Of a DNA stretch of 64,000 bases, positions 8,925-18,636 are shown one piece after another. The stretch comes from Lachnospiraceae bacterium (GTDB lineage: Bacteria > Bacillota > Clostridia > Lachnospirales > Lachnospiraceae): NCBI GenBank assembly GCA_017561085.1, contig JAFZDQ010000060.1:17691-81690 (forward strand), written 5' to 3'. The notes under the pieces are model-generated. The model saw only the letters and a list, made by a program, of their open reading frames with translations, was not told where the DNA came from and ran no database searches. Made by a program: the position numbers and the translations under genes. Numbering within the stretch: the stretch's first letter is position 1; the number at the start of each line of letters is the position of its first letter.

Positions 8925-10082
8925 ATGAAGCTATTAATCTATCAGTGGAATTCCTATTTTCAATACGATATTTATGCGATATGCCGTGAAAGCGGAATAA
9001 CTTTTCAAGTGTTTGAGTGGAAGTTTGAAAGTAAGAACCGGGATGATGGTTTCCGAAACTGGTTTAGAAATAATATTAAAAAGAATGAATTTGACGCTGT
9101 CCTTAGCGTAAATTATTTTCCGGTTATATCCGAAGTTTGTATGGAACAGGGCTTGAAATATATTGCCTGGTGCTATGATAATCCGCTGAATGTGGAACGA
9201 ATCGAAGAAACCTTGGGTAATCCCGTAAATTATGTGTTTGTTTTTGATAAGGTTCAATTTTGGCAATATGCAAAAGCCGGATTTGAAACAGTTTATTATT
9301 TACCATTAGGGGTGAATGCGACCAGATTAAGTAAACTTAAAGTATCAGAAGCAGATTATCAAAAGTATGCAGCGGAAGTAACGTTTATCGGTAATCTATA
9401 TGCATCTGAATTACAAGGGATAATGGGACCGCTAAACGATTATACCAAGGGATATCTGAAGTCGCTGATGGATTTGCAGTCGCAGATTTATGGTTATTAC
9501 TTGTTTGATGAATGCATAACCGAAGAATTGATCAAAGATATCAATCAGCAGTATTTATGCCAAAATCCGAATACGAAATTACAAATCAGTAAAGAGGCCC
9601 TTTCTTTTGCCATGGCCAGCGAGGTTACCAGAAAAGAAAGACTCCTTCTTTTGAATCTTTGCGGAAGACGGTATTCTACTAAGTTTTATTCTTATGATGA
9701 TTGTGAAGCGGTTCAGAATGTAATTAAATGCGGCAGTGTTGATTATGTAACGGAAATGCCCAAGGTGTTTGCCTGTTCTAAGATTAACCTAAATCCTTCT
9801 TTGCGGATTATCCAATCGGGAATTCCGCTTCGGGCGCTGGATATTATGGGATGTGGCGGATTTTTATTATCAAACTATCAGCAGGAACTTGCGGAATACT
9901 ATGTTAATGAAGAAGATATGGTGATTTATGAATCTATGGAGGATGCCATTGCCAAAATAGATTTCTATTTAAAGCATGAAGAACTGCGCTGTAAAATAGC
10001 GGAGAATGGCAGAAGGAAGACGTTGGAAGAACACAGTATGCAGGTGCGCATGGCGCAGATTTTTGATGCAGTGGGGATATAG
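8925..10082 (+). CDS. CgeB/DUF3880-type glycosyltransferase (GT-B), paralog 1
   Basis: SVNYFP..WCYDNP N-terminal motif and C-terminal YVTEMPKVFACSKINLNPSLRIIQSGIPLRALDIMGCGGFLLSNYQQEL. Confidence 0.82.
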   Translation: MKLLIYQWNSYFQYDIYAICRESGITFQVFEWKFESKNRDDGFRNWFRNNIKKNEFDAVLSVNYFPVISEVCMEQGLKYIAWCYDNPLNVERIEETLGNPVNYVFVFDKVQFWQYAKAGFETVYYLPLGVNATRLSKLKVSEADYQKYAAEVTFIGNLYASELQGIMGPLNDYTKGYLKSLMDLQSQIYGYYLFDECITEELIKDINQQYLCQNPNTKLQISKEALSFAMASEVTRKERLLLLNLCGRRYSTKFYSYDDCEAVQNVIKCGSVDYVTEMPKVFACSKINLNPSLRIIQSGIPLRALDIMGCGGFLLSNYQQELAEYYVNEEDMVIYESMEDAIAKIDFYLKHEELRCKIAENGRRKTLEEHSMQVRMAQIFDAVGI

Positions 10083-10085
10083 GTA

Positions 10086-11243
10086 GTGAAGATTTTATTA
10101 TATCATTGGAAGGCATACGGCAACCGGTTTTTGTGTAAGCAGTTGCAGCTGTTAGGACATGAAGTAAAGGAGTGGTCCAACAGTGCGGTTATGTTGGATG
10201 AGGACAATTCTTTGGAAGCGGTTCAAAAGGAATTGAAGAAGGGATATGATTTGGTTTTTTCATATAACTATTTCAGAATCCTTGCACTTGCATGTCATGA
10301 AGCAGGTACTCCTTATTTTGCATGGACACAGGATTCGCCGATGTTATCACTTTATGATAAAACGACATATTTAGAAACAAATTATTTCTTTTGTTTTGAT
10401 TACGAGCAATATGAAGGTTTGAAGATCAGGGGGATAGAGAAAGCGTTTTATTGTCCCTTGGCGGTCGATACTGAAACATTAGAAAAGGTTTCCGGCAACT
10501 GTACGTCGGGAGAAATACGAAGATTTGGTGCGGATATCAGTTTCGTGGGTTCATTATATTCGGAACGTAATATGCTCTCTTCCATGGACGGATTGCCCGA
10601 CTATGTAAAAGGTTATTTTGGCGCAGTTGTAGAGGCACAGCTTCACCTGCCGTCATTACGCTTTTCAAATGCACAAATTCCTGCAGATGAAATGAACCGG
10701 ATCCGGAACTATTTAAATTTTTCGGGAACAGAGGAAAGTAAAGTGCGTTATGAGGAGTTGGTGGAAAACCTGATTGACAGAGATGTGACCGTTAGGGAAC
10801 GGAGTGAAATGATGAAAATACTTTCAAATTGGAAGGGTTTTAAATTGTTTACGGGTTCTGATACGTCTCTTTATCCCGATATTTCAAATTGCGGTACGGT
10901 TGATTATTATACAGAGATGCCCAAGGTGTTTCAAAATTCCAAAATAAATTTGAATACCACGCTCCGTTCCATTAGATCGGGGATACCCCTTCGGATTTTG
11001 GATGTAATTGCCTCCGGCGGTTTCCTTTTGACGGATGCACAACCGGAACTGTTTTGGTTCTTTGAGGATGGGGAAAGTTTGGCAACCTTCCAAAATTTTG
11101 AAGAGATGGAAGAGAAAATTGCGTTTTATTTGCAACACGAAACAGAAAGAGAAAAGATTATTCGAAACGGCAGACAAATAGTAAAAGCTAAATTTGATTA
11201 TAAAGTGCGCTTGCCGGAAATGTTTAAATTAGCGGGTATTTAA
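10086..11243 (+). CDS. CgeB/DUF3880-type glycosyltransferase, paralog 2
   Basis: FSYNYF..WTQDSP and YYTEMPKVFQNSKINLNTTLRSIRSGIPLRILDVIASGGFLLT. GTG start. Confidence 0.82.
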   Translation: MKILLYHWKAYGNRFLCKQLQLLGHEVKEWSNSAVMLDEDNSLEAVQKELKKGYDLVFSYNYFRILALACHEAGTPYFAWTQDSPMLSLYDKTTYLETNYFFCFDYEQYEGLKIRGIEKAFYCPLAVDTETLEKVSGNCTSGEIRRFGADISFVGSLYSERNMLSSMDGLPDYVKGYFGAVVEAQLHLPSLRFSNAQIPADEMNRIRNYLNFSGTEESKVRYEELVENLIDRDVTVRERSEMMKILSNWKGFKLFTGSDTSLYPDISNCGTVDYYTEMPKVFQNSKINLNTTLRSIRSGIPLRILDVIASGGFLLTDAQPELFWFFEDGESLATFQNFEEMEEKIAFYLQHETEREKIIRNGRQIVKAKFDYKVRLPEMFKLAGI

Positions 11244-11246
11244 TTT

Positions 11247-11714
11247 ATGAAAATCAAAAGCAGAGAGCAGTTTTTGGAAACGAAAAAAGAAGTAGAGACG
11301 CTAAAGCAAATAATTGAAAAACTGTTGGAACAGCAGGACATAGAGTCCTACCGGAAAATATGCTGCCTGATGGAAGAGAAAAAAAGTATTGAACTTGCAT
11401 CGGAAAATCAGGAAATATATATTTTACAGATTATGACCAATATCCAGAGGCAGGAAATGGCTGACGGGGAAATGAGGACGGTTTTTGAAGGCAGGGACAT
11501 TAACAAATTGCTGCAAGTGTATCGTGAGACCGTGTTCTGTCTTAGGCGTTTAGAGTTTGAACTGCCCTTAGAAGAGCGGAAGGAACTGATAACCTTTATG
11601 CTGAACGAGCAGTTGAGCGGAGTCTGTATTTTCGGTATCTTACAGGCGGCACGCTATATTTATGCAAAAGAAAAGACCTTAGAAGCTTTTATGAATCTGC
11701 TTGAGATGATGTAA
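11247..11714 (+). CDS. Hypothetical helical protein, homologous to the central domain of the 712-aa glycosyltransferase
   Basis: Operonic spacing. Aligns by eye to the middle of 13587..15725. Confidence 0.7.
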   Translation: MKIKSREQFLETKKEVETLKQIIEKLLEQQDIESYRKICCLMEEKKSIELASENQEIYILQIMTNIQRQEMADGEMRTVFEGRDINKLLQVYRETVFCLRRLEFELPLEERKELITFMLNEQLSGVCIFGILQAARYIYAKEKTLEAFMNLLEMM

Positions 11715-11731
11715 GAGAGTGTGGAACCGCG

Positions 11732-12406
11732 ATGAAAGAAAATAAAATTTGTTTTATTATTTGTGTAAACAATCAAAGATGCTTAGAAGAAAATCTGCTT
11801 TATTTGAACCGGCTTATTGTGCCGGAGGGATATGAAGTGGATATAATAACCATTGAAGGGGCGAAGTCCATGACTTCCGGATATAACGAAGGTATGCAGG
11901 CTTCAGATGCTAAGTACAAAATCTATATGCATCAGGATGTTTTCATAACAGATATTTATTTTTTGCAGGAAATGATTGATATTTTTACAATTGACCCGAA
12001 AATCGGAATGATTGGAATGGTAGGAACCGAGAAGTTACCGGAAGACGGAATTATGTGGAATGCGGATAGATCCTTTGCGGTGTATTGTAAGTATAATTTG
12101 GATATTGAGAACTGCTGTACTTACAGAAAGCCCACAGGAGATGACATTGTCATGGCGCAGGCGATAGACGGACTTTTGATGGCAACACAGTATGATATTC
12201 CCTGGCGGGAAGATATTTTTACGGATTGGGATTTTTATGATACCTCCCAAAGTATGGAGTTCTTGAAAGCGGGATATTATGTGGTGGTACCTCAGCTTGA
12301 TAAACCGATGTGTGTACATGATGACGGCTATATTCTGAAACTGGAGAATTACGAGGATAACCGCTTAAAATTTCTAAAAGAGTATGAAGCGTATTTAAAA
12401 GGTTAA
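11732..12406 (+). CDS. GT2-like glycosyltransferase (Glyco_tranf_2_5-type)
   Basis: ICFIICVNN...GYNEGMQASDAKYKIYMHQDVFI...IDGLLMATQYDIPWRED...WDFYD. Confidence 0.8.
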   Translation: MKENKICFIICVNNQRCLEENLLYLNRLIVPEGYEVDIITIEGAKSMTSGYNEGMQASDAKYKIYMHQDVFITDIYFLQEMIDIFTIDPKIGMIGMVGTEKLPEDGIMWNADRSFAVYCKYNLDIENCCTYRKPTGDDIVMAQAIDGLLMATQYDIPWREDIFTDWDFYDTSQSMEFLKAGYYVVVPQLDKPMCVHDDGYILKLENYEDNRLKFLKEYEAYLKG

Positions 12407-12412
12407 TTAAGG

Positions 12413-13573
12413 ATGAAATTATTATTTTTGGAATGGAACAGCTTGTGTAATGAAGATATGATACCGGCCTTCGAGAGAATGGGGCATGTCGTTGTGCGGG
12501 TTTTATATGATGAGAGAAATCCGAAAGAAGAACAACATGCTAAGATAAATAAGGAATTAGATAAGGGCGGATTTGACTTTATTTTTTCATTTAATTATTT
12601 CCCGGACATTTCAGAATTATGCATGGAAAAAGGAATAAAATATGTGGCCTGGGTATATGACAGCCCTTATATCAATCTTTATTCCTATACTGTAATTAAT
12701 CCGTGTAATTATATCTTCATCTTCGATTATGCAGTATACGAAGAGTTACATTTGGGAAATATCAGTACGGTTTATTATCTTCCAATGGCAGTAAGTGCGA
12801 GGCGTTTATCTTCCATTAAAAATACGGAGTTGATGCGCCGGAAACATCAGTGTGATGTAGCACTGGTTGGTTCCCTTTACACGGAAGAAAAACATAACTT
12901 ATATAAAAAGTTTGATACAGTGGCCCCCTTTGTAAAGGGGTACTTGGATGGAATTATCAATGCGCAGCTTCAGGTTTATGGCTGTAATTTTATTCAGGAA
13001 TTATTAACACCGGACATTGTGGACGAGATGCAAAAAGTTTATCCCACGAATCCCAATGCATTGACGGCAACGACACCGGAGTTTATTTATGCGGAGTATG
13101 TATTAAACCGGAGAGTAACGGCGTTAGAGAGACAAGCTATATTAGAGAGGCTTTCGAAAGAACATAAGGTGCATGTTTATACCCATGACAGAAATGCAAG
13201 GATTGGGAATACGAAGAATTTAGGGCCGGTAGATTATTATGATGAAATGCCTTATGTTTTTATGAATGCCGGTATTAATTTGAATATTACGCTTCGGAGT
13301 ATTAAGACGGGAATTCCCCTCCGGGCAATGGATATTATGGGCTGTGGCGGCTTTTTGATGACTAACTACCAGCAGGAATTTTTTGAGTATTTTAAGGACG
13401 GGGAAGAATTTGATTTTTACGCAAGTATGGAGGAACTGCAGGATAAGACGGCGTTCTATTTGCAACATGAAGAGATTCGGAAAAAGGTTGCACAGGCAGG
13501 ATGCAGACTTGTGAGAGAAGAGCATACCTTTGAAAAAAGGATAGAGAGTATGCTTTCGGTTTTGAAGGGATAA
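12413..13573 (+). CDS. CgeB/DUF3880-type glycosyltransferase, paralog 3
   Basis: FSFNYFP..WVYDSP and YYDEMPYVFMNAGINLNITLRSIKTGIPLRAMDIMGCGGFLMTNYQQE. Confidence 0.82.
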   Translation: MKLLFLEWNSLCNEDMIPAFERMGHVVVRVLYDERNPKEEQHAKINKELDKGGFDFIFSFNYFPDISELCMEKGIKYVAWVYDSPYINLYSYTVINPCNYIFIFDYAVYEELHLGNISTVYYLPMAVSARRLSSIKNTELMRRKHQCDVALVGSLYTEEKHNLYKKFDTVAPFVKGYLDGIINAQLQVYGCNFIQELLTPDIVDEMQKVYPTNPNALTATTPEFIYAEYVLNRRVTALERQAILERLSKEHKVHVYTHDRNARIGNTKNLGPVDYYDEMPYVFMNAGINLNITLRSIKTGIPLRAMDIMGCGGFLMTNYQQEFFEYFKDGEEFDFYASMEELQDKTAFYLQHEEIRKKVAQAGCRLVREEHTFEKRIESMLSVLKG

Positions 13574-13586
13574 GGGAGGTATTACA

Positions 13587-15725
13587 ATGAACGAAAAACA
13601 AATAGCATTTATCATATGTGCAAACAATGCGCAGTTTTATAATGAATGTGTGTGGTATATTGAGAAACTGGTTGTCCCGGAAGGATATAGTACGGATATT
13701 CTGTGTATTCAGGAAGCAGAGTCAATGGCGGAAGGATACAACGCCGGTATGAAAGCCAGTGATGCCAAATATAAAGTATATCTTCATCAGGACACTTTTA
13801 TTTTGAATGAAAACTTTATTGAAGATATCCTTGGTATCTTTGAAAGTGATTCGGAAATCGGTATGTTAGGAGTGCTTGGTGCGGATAAATGTCCGGAAAA
13901 TGCTAACTGTTATCTGAGTTGGAACATAGGAAGTGCCTTGGCTTATAACGGTATGAATACGGTTGATATCCGTATGGAAACGACGGAAGAAAAATATACC
14001 TGTGTTGATGCGGTGGACGGACTTTTGATTGCCACACAGTATGATGTGGAATGGAGAGAGGACATCTTAACCGGTTGGGATTTTTATGATGTATCACAAT
14101 CCCTTGAGATGAAGAGAAAGGGATATAAGGTTGTCGTACCAAAGCAGGAAAAAACGTGGTGTTATCATGACTGCGGAGCATCTAAATTGGGGCAGTATGA
14201 TAAATATAGGGAAGTTGTAGCCCGGGAATATCCGGAAGTATTTTGTATAGAGTATGTAAAGCCGGTAAATAATGATGAAAAAGCAGCGGAAGTTGTTGCA
14301 TTACGTGAAAAAATGATAAGTATTTTAAATGCCGGTTTGTATGAACAGTTGTCAGATATTCTGCCGGAATTACGGGCGGAGCAGTTACGTGATACACAGC
14401 TGAGAGAACTTTATAATGTTATGGAGATCTACTGGCTGGAAAAAGAAAATAGTGTGCAGCATAGTGAATTCTTTGATGGCAGAGCGTGGATAGATATTTA
14501 TGAGTATTATAAGTGGATTGCTTTTACTGTCAGAAGAATTGCACAAGGTTATATAGATGAGGATGCAACACTGCTGAAAGAAAAAGTGAATGCGAAAGAA
14601 GTGTCCTTAAGTGCGGTACAAAGAATTATGACCAATTCCATGAAGGAATGCAGTGCTGTAGAAGATTATTTATTCGGAAACAAGATCAAGCCGCTTATCA
14701 GTGTTATTTTACCTGTGTATAACGGCGAAAAGTTTGTTGCTGAAACAATCGAATCCATTTTGAATCAGACCTACGAAAATTTGGAAGTAATTATTATTGA
14801 TGATGGTTCGGCGGATGGTAGCCGGGAGGTAATATCCTCTTATCAGGATGCCAGAATTAAGGCTGTGTTTTTGCCGAGAAACTGCAATGTGTGTTATGCA
14901 GCTAATACAGCGCTTCAAATGGCAACAGGTGAGTATATTGCATTAACCGGACATGATGATCTTTGGACTGAGGATAAAATCGCGAAACAGTTTGCATTTA
15001 TGGAGGCAAACAGGGCGTTTCATGCATGCTTTTCCTGGATGGATATCATAGATGAGGAAGGTAAAATCAGAAATGAGAAGTATCCTGAATTAGCGCAGAG
15101 ATTTATGAGCAATAATTGCAGTCGGGAGAAGTGGCTGAAAAAATTATTGTCAGGAGGTAATTATTTCTGTGCACCCAGTGCCTTTATCAGAGGAAAGGTA
15201 CTAAGGCAGGTTGGCTATTACCATTACGGACTTTTACAGTTACAGGATTTTGACTTGTGGTTACGCTTTTTGCGGGAAGGGAACTTTTTCATTTTCAAGG
15301 ATAAACTGGTTAAGTATCGGAGGTTCAATAAAGAGGGGCAGAATTTAAGTTCTGTATCTCCTAAGACCATCATCCGGGATTTCCATGAGAGGCAGTGGAT
15401 AATTGATACGAATATTTGGAAGATGCCTTCGGAAGAATTCATTCATATATTTAGGGAAGAGTTGAAAAATCCCAATGCCAAAAGCGAAAAAGAAGTGTTG
15501 TGCGAAAAAGCATTTTTGTTGTGGGAATACCAGAATTGTTTTTCTGTTGGACGTTTTATGGAAATTCTGGACGATGAAGAATGCAGGGATATTTTGGAGA
15601 AAAATTATCAATTCCGCTTGCAGGATTTTTATGATTTAAATGCGAAGTCAATGCTTTTTGACCCGAATCCTGTTTTTAGAATCAGGGAACTTGAGAGAGA
15701 ATTGGAAGAAAGCAAAAAGGTTTAG
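13587..15725 (+). CDS. Multidomain glycosyltransferase: Glyco_tranf_2_5-like + helical domain + GT2
   Basis: N-terminus is paralogous to 11732..12406. C-terminal half has ISVILPVYNGEKFVAETIESILNQT..IIDDGS..GHDD (GT2). Confidence 0.85.
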   Translation: MNEKQIAFIICANNAQFYNECVWYIEKLVVPEGYSTDILCIQEAESMAEGYNAGMKASDAKYKVYLHQDTFILNENFIEDILGIFESDSEIGMLGVLGADKCPENANCYLSWNIGSALAYNGMNTVDIRMETTEEKYTCVDAVDGLLIATQYDVEWREDILTGWDFYDVSQSLEMKRKGYKVVVPKQEKTWCYHDCGASKLGQYDKYREVVAREYPEVFCIEYVKPVNNDEKAAEVVALREKMISILNAGLYEQLSDILPELRAEQLRDTQLRELYNVMEIYWLEKENSVQHSEFFDGRAWIDIYEYYKWIAFTVRRIAQGYIDEDATLLKEKVNAKEVSLSAVQRIMTNSMKECSAVEDYLFGNKIKPLISVILPVYNGEKFVAETIESILNQTYENLEVIIIDDGSADGSREVISSYQDARIKAVFLPRNCNVCYAANTALQMATGEYIALTGHDDLWTEDKIAKQFAFMEANRAFHACFSWMDIIDEEGKIRNEKYPELAQRFMSNNCSREKWLKKLLSGGNYFCAPSAFIRGKVLRQVGYYHYGLLQLQDFDLWLRFLREGNFFIFKDKLVKYRRFNKEGQNLSSVSPKTIIRDFHERQWIIDTNIWKMPSEEFIHIFREELKNPNAKSEKEVLCEKAFLLWEYQNCFSVGRFMEILDDEECRDILEKNYQFRLQDFYDLNAKSMLFDPNPVFRIRELERELEESKKV

Positions 15726-15752
15726 AGGATACTTAAGAGAAGGAGAAGTGCG

Positions 15753-16157
15753 ATGCAGATAATTAAGTATGCATTCCAACAGCACGGTGATGACAGGGGG
15801 ATGCTGGTTGCGCTGGAAGAATATAATGATATCCCTTTTGAAATTAAGAGAGTTTATTATATGTATGATACCAAAGAGGAGGTTCGACGCGGTTTCCATG
15901 CGCATAAATGTCTGGAACAGATTTTAATCTGTATTCATGGTTCCTGTAAGGTGCTTATGGATAACGGGAAGGAAAAAAAGATTGTATCTTTGGAAAAGCC
16001 CTATGAAGGTTTGTATGTTCCTAATAATATGTGGCGGGAAATGTATGATTTTTCGCCGGATGCAGTTCTGATGGTACTTGCGTCGGAAGTGTATAAGGAA
16101 GAGGATTATATCAGGGATTATGATGCGTTTCTGCAGATGGTGAAGGGGGAAGCGTAA
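15753..16157 (+). CDS. dTDP-4-keto-6-deoxyhexose 3,4-ketoisomerase (FdtA/QdtA/WxcM cupin family)
   Basis: [27 protein letters not shown] motifs. Confidence 0.88.
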   Translation: MQIIKYAFQQHGDDRGMLVALEEYNDIPFEIKRVYYMYDTKEEVRRGFHAHKCLEQILICIHGSCKVLMDNGKEKKIVSLEKPYEGLYVPNNMWREMYDFSPDAVLMVLASEVYKEEDYIRDYDAFLQMVKGEA

Positions 16158-17260
16158 TGGTTTTGGTGCCATATCTGGATTTGGAAAAGATACATAATGA
16201 AATTCGCGACGAATTAACTGCCGCAGCGAATCGGGTAATGGAGAGCCGGTGGTTTATCAATGGAAAAGAAGATGCGAAGTTTGAAGAAGCATTTGCAACC
16301 TATTGTGGTGTGAAGCTTTGTGTGGGAACGGGAAACGGATTGGATGCGCTCCGTCTCATATTATTGGCGTACGGTATCGGAGAAGGAGACGAAGTGATTG
16401 TTCCGGCAAATACCTTTATTGCAACGGCGCTGGCGGTAACTTACGTGGGCGCAACACCGGTGTTTGTGGATGCGGATATAAATACCTATAATGTAGATGT
16501 GCAGCAAATTGAGGCGCATATTACGGATAAGACCAAAGCGATTATCGCAGTGCATTTGTACGGGCGTATTGCACGGATGGATGAAATATGTGAACTGGCT
16601 AAGAAGTATTCATTAAAAGTGATAGAAGATGCGGCCCAGGCCCATGGAGCGATGCTTTGTGGGCGTAAGGCGGGAAGTTTTGGCGATGCGGCAGCTTTTA
16701 GTTTTTATCCGGGTAAAAATCTTGGTGCCCTGGGAGATGCAGGTGCTGTAGTGACGGACGATGATGAAGTAGCTGAGAAAGTCAGGGCATTGGGGAATTA
16801 TGGTTCCTACCAAAAATATCATCACGTTTATCAGGGGTGTAATTCCAGATTGGATGAATTGCAGGCAGCTTTTTTGGAGATTAAGTTAAAAAATCTGGAA
16901 AAGTGGAATGAAGAAAGACGGCAAATTGCAAAAAGATATTCGGATGAAATCAGGAATCCGAAAGTCATTTTGCCACCGGCGTGTGAGAACGAAAAGGAAA
17001 ATGTATTTCATATATATCCTGTGCTGGTTGAAGGTAGGGAAGGATTTATGGATTACCTGAAAGAAAAGGGGGTTGCAACTCTTGTACACTATCCGATTCC
17101 GATTATGCAGCAACAGGCTTATGCAGAACTTGCGGACCGGGCAGATCTTTATCCCGTGACTTGCAGGATTTGTGCACAGGAAGTAAGTCTTCCGTTGTAC
17201 CCGGGAATGACGAAGGAACAGATTGATTGGGTGATAGAGTGTGTGAATGGGTATAAGTAA
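16157..17260 (+). CDS. DegT/DnrJ/EryC1/StrS PLP aminotransferase (FdtB/QdtB-like)
   Basis: [41 protein letters not shown] motifs. Coupled to the ketoisomerase. Confidence 0.9.
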   Translation: MVLVPYLDLEKIHNEIRDELTAAANRVMESRWFINGKEDAKFEEAFATYCGVKLCVGTGNGLDALRLILLAYGIGEGDEVIVPANTFIATALAVTYVGATPVFVDADINTYNVDVQQIEAHITDKTKAIIAVHLYGRIARMDEICELAKKYSLKVIEDAAQAHGAMLCGRKAGSFGDAAAFSFYPGKNLGALGDAGAVVTDDDEVAEKVRALGNYGSYQKYHHVYQGCNSRLDELQAAFLEIKLKNLEKWNEERRQIAKRYSDEIRNPKVILPPACENEKENVFHIYPVLVEGREGFMDYLKEKGVATLVHYPIPIMQQQAYAELADRADLYPVTCRICAQEVSLPLYPGMTKEQIDWVIECVNGYK

Positions 17261-17394
17261 TGCCTGCGGAGGATATGAAAGAATGCGAAGATTTTTCTGC
17301 TGACAGTAGTTTATATTTTGATATATCACATTTTAACTATGAAGGTGCAAGCAGATTTACGGAATATTTAGCGGAGGTAATCGATGGAAAATAA
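17260..17394 (+). pseudogene. 44-aa remnant resembling the C-terminus of an SGNH/GDSL-type hydrolase or acyltransferase
   Basis: Frame reads [44 protein letters not shown]. It contains D-x-x-H followed by N-x-x-G-A, and its stop overlaps the next start. Confidence 0.5.
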
Positions 17395-18058
17395 GAAAAA
17401 AGTAATTATTTTAGGCGGTGCCGGCATCGGTACAATTGCAGCGTGGATTGTGAAGCGGCGCCAAGATGCGGAAGTGGTAGGTTTTTTAAATGATGTACTG
17501 CCTGTTGGTTCGCAGATTGGTCAAAAGAAAAAATACGATGTAATAGGAACATCCGATGATTTGGAACGTTATCTGAAAGAAGACTATTATTTTATTATGG
17601 CTTTTCATGGTATGCAAAGAGAAGAAATGGTTTTTAATAAAGTAATGGCAATGAATATTCCGGAAGAAAAGCTTTATTCGGCAATTGATCCGCAGGCGAT
17701 TGTAGATCCTGAATTTTCAGATATAGCGCCTGGTGTAATTATTGCTCCCGGGGCGCAAATAGGACCTGACTGTATCATTGAAAAATACTGTGTATGCCTG
17801 GGTAACAGCTTTGTGGGACATGATACCCACGTGAAGAGCTTTTCCCATATTGCAACCAATGCAGTTGTGGGTGCATTCGTAGAAGTTGGTAGAGCTTGCC
17901 ACATCGGTTCTAATGCGACTATTAGGGAAAAAACTATTATCGGAGATTTTTCGTTGATTGGATCAGGAAGTGTGGTTTTAAAGCATGTTGAAGAAAAGTC
18001 CATTATGGTGGGGAATCCGGCGCGCCTGTTGCGGAAATCAGATATGGTTGAAAAGTGA
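17384..18058 (+). CDS. NeuD/PglD-like hexapeptide-repeat sugar acetyltransferase
   Basis: N-terminal IILGGAG Rossmann-like segment, then hexapeptide repeats with VGHD and C-terminal GNPAR. Confidence 0.85.
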   Translation: MENKKKVIILGGAGIGTIAAWIVKRRQDAEVVGFLNDVLPVGSQIGQKKKYDVIGTSDDLERYLKEDYYFIMAFHGMQREEMVFNKVMAMNIPEEKLYSAIDPQAIVDPEFSDIAPGVIIAPGAQIGPDCIIEKYCVCLGNSFVGHDTHVKSFSHIATNAVVGAFVEVGRACHIGSNATIREKTIIGDFSLIGSGSVVLKHVEEKSIMVGNPARLLRKSDMVEK

Positions 18059-18090
18059 CGTAAATAAATTGAAAAAAGGGAAAATACCTT

Positions 18091-18594
18091 ATGGGGAAAA
18101 AATGTAAAATATTACTATTAAATCCGCCTTCGGATAATGCTATACAACAGTTGGAGCCGTTAAGGGATATTGTTTCTGCCAACATTGAGAATGTGAACAT
18201 TGTGATGCCGAATGCTTCCGTAAGAAATGATATTTCGGGATTCGTAAAAAGAGAAGCAGTAGATTTAATGGTGACGTTTGATCTGTATGGATTTGAGCGC
18301 AGTACGCTTGCAGGTGGTTTGTCATATAATCTTTTGCCGTGTAAACAGATTCATATTATTACGGAAAAGAATCTGCCGAATGAAAAATATCTGGAAAATC
18401 CGCTTAGTATAGCGATGTTCTTTTACTGTACGGAAGAGAGCCTGTATCATTATCTGTTAGGGAAATATCCGGATTTACCTTACTTAGAGACACTGAAGGG
18501 CTGGAAAAAGGAAAACGGAACGGATTGTGTGCAGCAAAATGCGGAGGCGCTTTGCAAAGTGATAGAAGAAGTGATAGACATATGTCATTTATAA
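18091..18594 (+). CDS. Hypothetical protein, possibly a stand-alone N-terminal GT-B-like domain
   Basis: Clean 167-aa ORF with an N-terminal ILLLNPP beta-strand and a DLMVTFDLYGF motif. Confidence 0.55.
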   Translation: MGKKCKILLLNPPSDNAIQQLEPLRDIVSANIENVNIVMPNASVRNDISGFVKREAVDLMVTFDLYGFERSTLAGGLSYNLLPCKQIHIITEKNLPNEKYLENPLSIAMFFYCTEESLYHYLLGKYPDLPYLETLKGWKKENGTDCVQQNAEALCKVIEEVIDICHL

Positions 18595-18601
18595 AGCAGT
18601 T

Positions 18602-18630
18602 AATCCCGGCACTTGTATGCCGGGATTTTA
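18602..18630. terminator. Terminator hairpin between convergent genes
   Basis: AATCCCGGCA-CTTGTA-TGCCGGGATT followed by T residues. Confidence 0.7.
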
Positions 18631-18636
18631 TTTGCA

